A stretch of DNA of 64,000 bases from Marsupella aquatica (taxonomy: Eukaryota; Plantae; Marchantiophyta), in contig OZ316892.1 of assembly GCA_973895155.1 (NCBI GenBank), forward strand, positions 12,836,238 to 12,900,237, written 5' to 3'. Positions 50,290 through 64,000 of the stretch are shown here, piece by piece. The notes beneath the pieces were generated by a model. It worked only from the letters and a program-made list of their open reading frames with translations. It ran no database searches and was not told the origin of the DNA. A program made the translations under genes and the position numbers. Each line of letters begins with the position of its first letter. Within the stretch, counting starts at the first letter, position 1.

Positions 50290-52031
50290 ATGAGAAAATC
50301 ACAAAAATTGTTGTTTTTCACAACTTCTCAAAAAACTCGAAACTCAACACCGCCGCGTAGCCCACAAAGCTAGGAGTCCAATACTGAAAACCGAAATCAA
50401 AATCGAAATTTGACGGAAAAGTTATTCAAATTTCGGTCGAGGTGGGTAAAACCTTGGGAAACTCCCCCGTTTTGACCACCTCAGGGAATAACCAAAATAC
50501 CAAGTACAACCCGTTGTCGGAATTACGATGTGATTGGTGCGCCGCGTTGCCAACTTCAATGGCTACGACCTCGCCAAAAAATAACCAAAAAAGTTACCGT
50601 TCGACGGATGAAATCTTTGTCGGACGGTCAAAAAATAGCTCTCTGGTTTTTTGGAATATTCTATGACCCTTGTACAGGCCCTATGGGAATTTTGGAAGAA
50701 CAATCGAGGGGCTGACATGTGTCCTCGAACCCCCAAAACCCCCTACCACCCTTCGTCGTCGAAATCTGGTCGCGCGCGCAGAAAATACACACGGCAGAAT
50801 GTACCCCTCGACACCAAACGCAAGATATCTCACTCGGGTTTTGACGAAATCAAGATCTGATTTCAGATTTGGAAACTAGACTTCGAGGCGGTGAAGATCG
50901 ATATAAGAAGCACCCAAAACGAGGAAAGAACGAGGGAGAAAAAAATTGGTAAAGATGACAGATTTCTCTCAATTGCCATAGCCAATTTCGAATCAGTTTT
51001 TCAAAGAGAAAAAATGGTACCTTGTCAACAACGAATGTTGATCAATTGCACTTGGTGCCGTCACCAATCCAACAAGGTAATTGATTTTGCTTAGCCTTCC
51101 TCTTTGCATCAAAGAGCCAATCCCGGACTCAAAACAATCGTCTTGCCTCAATCTCTCCGTTGAGTCAAAACACTTGACGCTTCTCCCTCCGAGTCGATTG
51201 CCAACTTTCTTCACAAAATCCAGAATGACGAAAACTTAGATCTCTTTGCACCACGAGCTCCGTTCAGCGATTTCTTCACACCGTTAGAAAGCTCTTGCCC
51301 CGATCTATCCGTTGAGCCCATAAACTCCAAGTTCCATGCGACGGAACTCCGGGAAATCCACCGACACTCAACGCTGGAAAAACCATAATGAAATCCCGTC
51401 ACGAACACACGTCACCTCCCAAGCATGCTCTGATACCAATTGTTGAGCATAGACGACGATCGCAACGGCAAGCCCATGAACCATCCAACGCACAATAGTC
51501 GACACAAGAGATACGTGGTTCACCTCCTTGAGGCTACGTCCACAGGAACACACAAGAGAGCTTTACTGAACTCTAAGCCCGTCGGCTATACCGAGTCTCC
51601 ACAGTGTAAGCTCTCCCTATCTCTCAAGTGGCTCCATAACAATGAGCCTTGGTTCTACCTCTCCAAGCACACATGCCTCTTATGATATAGTGTGCAACTT
51701 AGTTGTACCTAACCACATAGTTGTACCTAATCACGTAGTTGTACCTAACCACATAGTTGTACCTAATCACGTAGTTGTACCTAACCACGTAGTTGTACCA
51801 ACCCACGTTGTTGTACCAACCACACCATACCTAACCTAGACGTAAGAGTAAATACCCAACAAGGTGAACCACGTAGAGATTATGCTGACTAGATGTGCAT
51901 GGAATGAGTAGTGATTGGATCGGATGAAGGAAATCATATTTCAACAGGTTTGAGCTTCTCGTTAGAACAACAACACTCCACTTTGGTTTGTGAAAACAAC
52001 TTTTTAGTAACCTTGTCTCCCAAACTAATCA

Positions 52032-53000
52032 GATTTACTAACTACTCCCCAAAACTAACTTAATTGTCAAGTGTGTCCCCAAACTGTATATGGGGTTACA
52101 CCAACCTCAAGAGGTAATTCAAGGTTGGAATTCATTGGTCCAATGCCACTTGCATGGTGCTATTGGCTCAGTGCTATCCTGGCCAAAAGCACCATATGTC
52201 AAGCTGCTTTTCGTCCCCACAGTGAACTGGGTCATCGAGGCCTTGCAAGATAGCAAGGCCTTGACATCCACCGTGTCATCATGGTAACTTCCTACAACCC
52301 GCATACCCGGTTCAGGCATTGGCAGTCAAGCACACAAGGGCGGGCTTCGATCAGGCCCGCAAATCCTTGATGACCCAGTTTACCATGGGGGTGGTGGAGA
52401 GTGGCCATGACATCATGGGGGCAATGTAGGGCCAGTAGTTCCATGCCATGTGGCATTGGACCAATGAGGACAACCCCACTTTACCTCATACAAAATGGGG
52501 ATGCCCTGACAATTAATTTAGTTTTGGGAAGTGGTAGTAAATCAGGTCACTATGGGGGGCACGGCAATAAAAGCTGTTTGCAAAAAATGCAAAAAATGGT
52601 CCTATATATTTATAATAGTTTAAAAATACTTTGTCACTAAAGATGTTTTAATTGATAATATTACCACAATTTTTATTGCATTATAAATATGCCACTTTAC
52701 TATCACAATTTTTGTCTATATTTACAAACATGCCATTTATATGTGGATGACAAGTTTACAAAACTATATATGAAAACCATGGTATATTGGTAAACACACT
52801 AAAAATAGTGCAAAATTAGAAAATTAAAACATCTTGAGTAGCGAGTTTCTTAAAAGCTATCTTTAGAATGTTTTAACAACACATGACAATTCTTGCAGGA
52901 AAACGTTTAGAATATAGAAGCTCCAATCCAGTGAGTAGAAAAGGTCACGAGACTCTCATGTTTCAGGTGGACTGGATACAGAGCTCTCATGTTTTCAGGT
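52032..53000. mobile_element. Repeat unit copy 2: ~510-bp foldback (52032-52543) plus AT-rich flank
   Basis: gatttactaactactccccaaaactaacttaattgtcaag...tggggttac is the imperfect inverse of ttacctcatacaaaatgggg...gacaattaatttagttttgggaagtggtagtaaatc. The inner pair tggtccaatgccac / gtggcattggacca is also inverted. Confidence 0.72.
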
Positions 53001-53290
53001 GGACTCGATACAAAGCACGACATTAAATCTGTCCAAAGCATACAAGGCAGTAAATTGGTATAGAGCGCACACAGCAGTAAATTGATACAGAACACAAATT
53101 GATACAAAGACACACACGACAGTAAAACACCAATTGGTACAAAGACACACACGAACGTAAAATACACAAGACAGTAAATCCAAGACAGTAAATCCGTAGG
53201 CACACGGTAGTAAGTTTCGTGGTGAGTCGGAACACACACGACAGTAAATCGGTAGGCACACGGTAGTAAATTTCGTGGTGAGTCCTGAGA
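53000..53290. repeat. Degenerate short tandem repeats (cacacgacagtaaat core) upstream of CIPK
   Basis: cagtaaa recurs at least six times, and gacagtaaatc(c/g)gtaggcacacggtagtaa(g/a)tttcgtggtgagtc occurs twice. Confidence 0.7.
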
Positions 53291-54326
53291 CTCTGAGAGG
53301 TTCGGATGGTAGCTTTAAAGCTTTATGAGGAGAGAGCGTACAGTGCTACGATCTACCGACCCGCAGACCCGCTGGCCCGGTCCAGCGGGAATATGCTTTT
53401 ATGCACTGTAGATCTTTTGAGCCGAGGCGAGCGGACCGAGCGTTCTGCTCTGCTCTGCTTTTTGCACAGCATTGCGGTGGGATGTCTTGGCAGATTGGAG
53501 AATGGAGCGAAGCAGCAGCAGCAGCAGTAGTAGCCGCAGTTGCCCGCGTCAATTCTTTTGCTTCGGGCTTCAACGACGATCACTTGTGTCCGCTCGTCCT
53601 CGTGGCAGCAGTGAAGCACGTTGTTTCTCATCGTCAGTCCATTCGATGACGAAGTTTGTTCGATAACTCGGGAGGAAGGATTGGGAAAAGAGGCACAGTT
53701 TCGGACGTCTTTTGTGCAGGGATTCGTTGCACTTGTTGCATCGTCCTGTCTTGGGGTCAATTCGCATCTCCCTTGCCTCGGATAGTATGTCCATGTCCAG
53801 GTAGCATGCCGATGTCCACGAGTTCTGTCTGCGTCGAGAGGGCCGTTGACGGAATTGTGAGGATCTCCGCACCTGTGGATCGTCCGCTGTCACGGAGTCA
53901 AATTTTCATGCTATTATCATCAGTTGGTCTGATCGTGGTCGCCTCCCAAATTGAATCTGTAGCGCTCGAGGAGAACCATTCTGGTGACCGCGTCCTTGTG
54001 CGGGCACTGCCGCGCTTTAAGAATTTGTGCTAGTGGTTCGTCATGTACTACATGTTGGAATCGGTTGTCGAGTCAGAACTTCGGTCTTAACGGCCTTGAA
54101 GGTGATGTAGTGCCGGGACTCTGTTCTTTTCCTTACATGGGCTTCGGGAGCGTGGCTGTCTCTCCGAGCTTCTTAGGATGACTGTTTCGGATCTAGTTAG
54201 GAGTGAGTCGCGCACTAGATTGAGCGCATTTCATAGACTCGTAGTCGGGAGGACGTAGGGTCCGAAGAGTTGGGTTCTCCCGTGCAGTGATAGATAGATC
54301 ATTCGCAATCATATCAGCAGAGCAAG

Positions 54327-60016
<5,690 letters not shown>

Positions 60017-61689
60017 GTTATGTGGACAAACATGGACTCGAAGGGGGTCTTTCAGGAAATGTTTGTGACAATGGAGGGAAGGCTACAGAAGCGTTCATAA
60101 TTCTCTTCTACCAGAACCTGACGTCTCAGTTGCTTTGTCAAATTGTTCAAATTTGCTATGTAGTAAAGTTGAAAGAAAGTCACTCTGGAAGTGCTTTCCA
60201 CTTCAACTTGAACCAAAGGGTGGCTTATGCGCTATTTGGTTATCAGCGCGAGGAGATTAGAAGCAGATGCCTCTAGGAGTTGGAATGGTCCTTCCGAAAT
60301 GTATTTTGTATTGTATACTCGGGTTTTAATAGATTAAATTTGCCAAGTCCAGGTCTGGAACCTCTTCTTCATTGTTGGGATGTTCATCTGGATGTCCGAA
60401 GTACGGTTTCGGGATTGCAATAGTCTGCAGGTAAATTTTATTGAGTTCCAGAATGGCCGGATCCGATTCGCTAGCTGAACTTAATATTTTGTTTTGGATT
60501 ATGATTTGACCATTTATTAGAAATCTTGAAGTACTACAAAGCAAATGTTGGGAAATGGAGGTAGGTTTTTGGCATTGAAATGGGGAGCGATCTACTTCTT
60601 CCCCTCATGGATTTGAAAGCTAGATACGTACAACGGATAGGTGAAAAACCGGCTCCAGGAGAATCTGTGCAGGACTTGCATATGAGAATCATTCTGGAAA
60701 ATTAGCAGTAGACGTAATCAGAGAAGATCTATTTTACTTTATGGTATGAAATGTGGGCGATGACATGTTTCACACGATATGGTACTTGAAATGTGAAATC
60801 TCGTCAACCACGTGCTGAAACGAGGCTGTTTTGCAGAGTATAGGGACTGTTGGGAGGATATGGAGTCTTCCTCATCGACATGAATTTTAGCGAAACGTGG
60901 GCATATAATAGAGCCCGAAAAAATCGGCTCTGGGGACGGGGAAGATTAGTGGGCCTCTGTTTTGGCTGCTTCCCGATATACTTCCCTGAAGCATGGATCA
61001 CCGAGCAATATGCCTCAAAAGTTCGTAGAAGGTGATAAACGGTGGTGAGGGACTAAAATGGTTGGTGTGGAGCTCTAGCTTAATGTGTTCCACTCTTATC
61101 TTTTGTCACAATGCTTATGTTTTCATCATCCTAGTCAGCTTACTTCTTGGTGCAAGATGAAAAGTTTGCCTTACATAGGTGTTATATGGGAAAGCATCCG
61201 TCTTCCTTAGTGTTATACCCTTTCATGCTGTGCCATGCCCATGGAGGGCCTTACCGGTGACTTGTAAAGCCCATGAGATACCATACACTAGGACATCTAA
61301 TCTTCAACAATGACCGTGTATGCCCTCTATACTCATAAATATGCAAGATAGTCCTGGATGTAGTCGTATATGACATACTCGCACCAAAACCATCTAAAAC
61401 CATCTTGAAACTTCTATTACATAAGTTCTACTGGGCACAAGTGCATGTCTACTCTCTCTTCCAAGTTTCCACATATAGGGATCCTTGCATAGAGGATGGT
61501 CAGTACCCTGACATGTGTCACGGATGAGTGTAATCTAGTAACTTATGGAAAAACGTCCTGCACTTAGCAATAAAGGCATCTTATATCCTCCAGGCAGCTG
61601 TGGGCAATTGTTAGTATACACTAATGGACAAGGTTTGCACTTCCATATTTTTTGTCCAGTCAGCATGCCTTGCACTTATGTAAAGTGCA

Positions 61690-61850
61690 AGAAAAGGTGC
61701 AAATGCACGCAAAAATCCATGGAAATTTTGGGAAGAAGAGAATCACTTGCATGTAAACTGCGAGAAAAGGGTGCAAACACACGCAAAAATCCATGTCAAG
61801 TTTTGGAAGAAGCGAATCACTTGCGACCAACCAAAGTTTGCACTTACACA
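61690..61850. repeat. Tandem duplication, ~75-bp unit x2
   Basis: gtgcaaa..cacgcaaaaatccatg...ttttgg.aagaag.gaatcacttgc occurs twice. Confidence 0.7.
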
Positions 61851-62401
61851 TGGTCCATTAAGATGGTAGACTGTACCTTTATATCGCCTAAGTATCTGTA
61901 AGTAACTTGCATATCCTTTCGTATGAAAGCTACAAGTTGCGAGGGGTAATCGTTTGCTCAAAAAAGACTGCTACACTTGCATGGGAGTACTGGAACATGA
62001 CTTTAACTAAAATATGAATATGATATGAATTTAGAGGAAAACAACACTGTTTTCAAAGAGCCTTTGGCTCTCAGAACTATATCTTTACTGAACAGTCAAA
62101 GGGCAATTACACAAAACTTGGACTGAACTTGAAAATGCTGATGGTGATGCATCGATAGCACTACAATATTTACACCTGAGGACCCCAATGAACCAAGGAC
62201 ATTTAAGTCCTTAAATACAAGTATTTATATAAAGGAAATGGCACACTTAGTACAATTGATATTCGGAATTATGCATGTATGTTTGGCCAGTCCAATTGAA
62301 CAGCCTATCTTGCATTGAAATCTATGGGATTCTGATTTTTTTTGGTGTAAATTTCTTTCTTGCCTGAAGTTAAAAACTATAGATTCAATTTCAAAAAAAT
62401 C

Positions 62402-62750
62402 TTTTAGGCATTTACTCCTAGGTTTGGAGTTACTCTATAATCACAGTTAGGCTAACCATAGTCAGACATTTGGTTAAGGTCAGGCGTGTTACAACTATAT
62501 TCACTAGCAAGAAATAGTTAATGTAGGACCTAGGCTTATTGTCACAAAGCCAGTTGAGAGATAGAGAGAGCTAAGTGCTAAGTATGTCGAGACTCAGTGT
62601 GCCCGACAAGTTTAAAGTTCATTAAAACTCTCTTGTGTCTTCTTATGGACTTGACCTTTAGAGAGATGAACCATGTATCTCTTATGTTGATTACTTGTAT
62701 GTTTGTTGGATGTTGCACATGTGCATCTATTTAAGTAGCAATCTTTTGCA
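62402..62750 (+). mobile_element. Older, degenerate solo-LTR-like copy related to the same copia LTR family
   Basis: ttttaggcatttactcctagg resembles the LTR start tgttgggtatttactcttacg, and tatggacttgacctttagagagatgaaccatgtatctctt resembles gtggacgtagcct..ggtgaaccacgtatctctt. Ends are unclear. Confidence 0.55.
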
Positions 62751-62764
62751 TAATGCAAGGAAAC

Positions 62765-63056
62765 TGTTGGGGATAATCCTTATCCTGAAACACCATGCAC
62801 ATGTAAACACCATACAAAGTAGTCGACACAGCGAGTACATGGTTCACCTCTTGACTGAGGCTACGTCCACGGGAAAACAAGAGACCTTTACTTCTCTCTT
62901 GCTCCATTCCAACAATGAACTGAAGACCCACCAGGGGTTGACATCAACCCTGGTTATACACAACATGCATCATTGCTAACCTAAGCTAAGTCCTAACCTG
63001 AGTTAGCCTAACTACAGTTAGCTCTAGAGTCACAAGACTAAGAGCAATACTCAACA
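62765..63056 (-). mobile_element. Solo LTR related to the young copia LTR and to the 45116 solo LTR
   Basis: TGTTG...CAACA ends. Shares gtcgacaca..ggttcacctc..gaggctacgtccac with the 421-bp LTR, and ttgctcttagtcttgtga (read on -) with the 45116 LTR. Flanks gaaac / aaaac match at 4 of 5 positions. Confidence 0.8.
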
Positions 63057-64000
63057 AAAACAAAACACCAAAAGAATCATTGATGAGCACAAAATTATGT
63101 AGTTGTATACCATAGTTGACATGTATGTTTGTCATTAGTTGACTTGCATCTATATTACTCATCAGTTGACTTGCATCTATTTGGCCCAAGGTCTTTAAAT
63201 ATTGACCTTGAGGTGGTTTCTGGCCATGCGGCTTTTGTTTTGTATGTGGTTTGGCTCCTTGGGGTTTTGTATTCTTGGTGACCCGTTGGTTTTCAAGCAA
63301 CTTTGAGATACATGTGGCGCACTGTTGCCTTTCATTTACAAATTAACAATTATTTAAATAAATGAAATTGAACTTTTGATTCTTTGATTGGAATTTGAAG
63401 CCCCCATGGACCAAAAGATTGGTCTTGGAAAGCCCCAATAGACCACATTTACCTAAAAAATATTGTAATTAAAATATCTTGATATTCTAAATTCTAATGT
63501 TTTTGAGTTTTGGAGATATGTTCGAGCACTAGGTAAGATACACTTCCATCATAGTGAGAGTGACTTTTTGGCCATCTTGGTAGAGTTTTTCATCATAAAA
63601 TGTGGAGGGGTAGATTCCATTAGACTAATTTCCATTAACTTAATATGCAAGATTTGGGCTTGTGCTTTTTAATGTCTCTCCTTCTCTAGCTGCCTTGCAA
63701 GTGCAAAAGCATAAATTATTCTAGGATTGAGAATCATCAAATTATGGGCCCCAAACTCCCACGTTCCACCAAAATGTGGTCCAAGGGAACGCTAAGTCCA
63801 GCCTGGTGGTCCACCCTGGCTTTTTCTTAAAATACATGTGGCAGAGTGTTGCCTTTCATTGATAAACAGTCAATTAAATTAAATGAATAAAATTGAACCT
63901 TTTCAGTCTTCGATTGCGCGAAATTGATTTCGGAGTACGGTAATGTCCAACTGGGGCGAATCTCGGGCGTCTATCTGGTACAGTCAATCGACGGACAAAC

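Larger units (their letters stand above)
45364..51861 (-). mobile_element. Full-length, very recent Ty1/copia LTR retrotransposon (6498 bp)
   Basis: 421-bp LTRs at 45364-45784 and 51441-51861 appear identical by eye, with TG...CA ends. TSD AGGTG at 45359-45363 and 51862-51866. PBS (tRNA-iMet type) at 51427-51438. PPT tcaaggggaagat at ~45785-45797 (-). Confidence 0.97.
45116..51946 (+). mobile_element. Solo LTR (~330 bp; halves 45116-45363 and 51867-51946) interrupted by the young copia
   Basis: Starts TGTTAAGG at 45116 and ends TTCAACA at 51946, flanked by TSD GGTTT (45111-45115 and 51947-51951). Joining the halves gives gtggacgtagcct...AGGTGaaccacgta, homologous to the LTR of the inserted element and to 62765-63056. 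Confidence 0.85.

Noticed and set aside
53306-54181. Cluster of overlapping 60-135 aa ORFs on both strands, and similar clusters at 16300-17200 and 50400-51400
   Set aside because: No recognisable motifs. Such ORFs are expected by chance in GC-rich leaders and the retrotransposon 5' UTR.

Overview
Eukaryotic nuclear DNA from a land plant. Intron-rich genes, long 5' leaders and the TE repertoire suggest a bryophyte or liverwort (inference). I assembled exons by hand from splice sites and reading phase and found six genes. They are a coiled-coil/Gly-rich protein with two CCHC knuckles (+), a divergent V-ATPase subunit G with a long C-terminal tail that the ORF track largely misses (-), a RING-H2 E3 ligase (-), an ARMC7 pseudogene with a nonsense codon and a frameshift (-), a BET1-like SNARE with a GC-AG intron (-), and a 14-exon CIPK (+). 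The genes are separated by TE-rich tracts. These hold an internally deleted Ty1/copia, a 5'-truncated LINE with a (GAA)n tail and TSD, and a very young full-length copia. The young copia has gag and pol in one frame separated by a single TGA, and it sits antisense inside a solo LTR of a related family. There are also further solo LTRs, foldback/MITE-like elements and tandem repeats. No rRNA, tRNA or CRISPR array is supported. No wholly new system is demonstrated; the best leads are the copia gag-stop-pol arrangement and its nesting, the ARMC7 decay and the extended subunit G.
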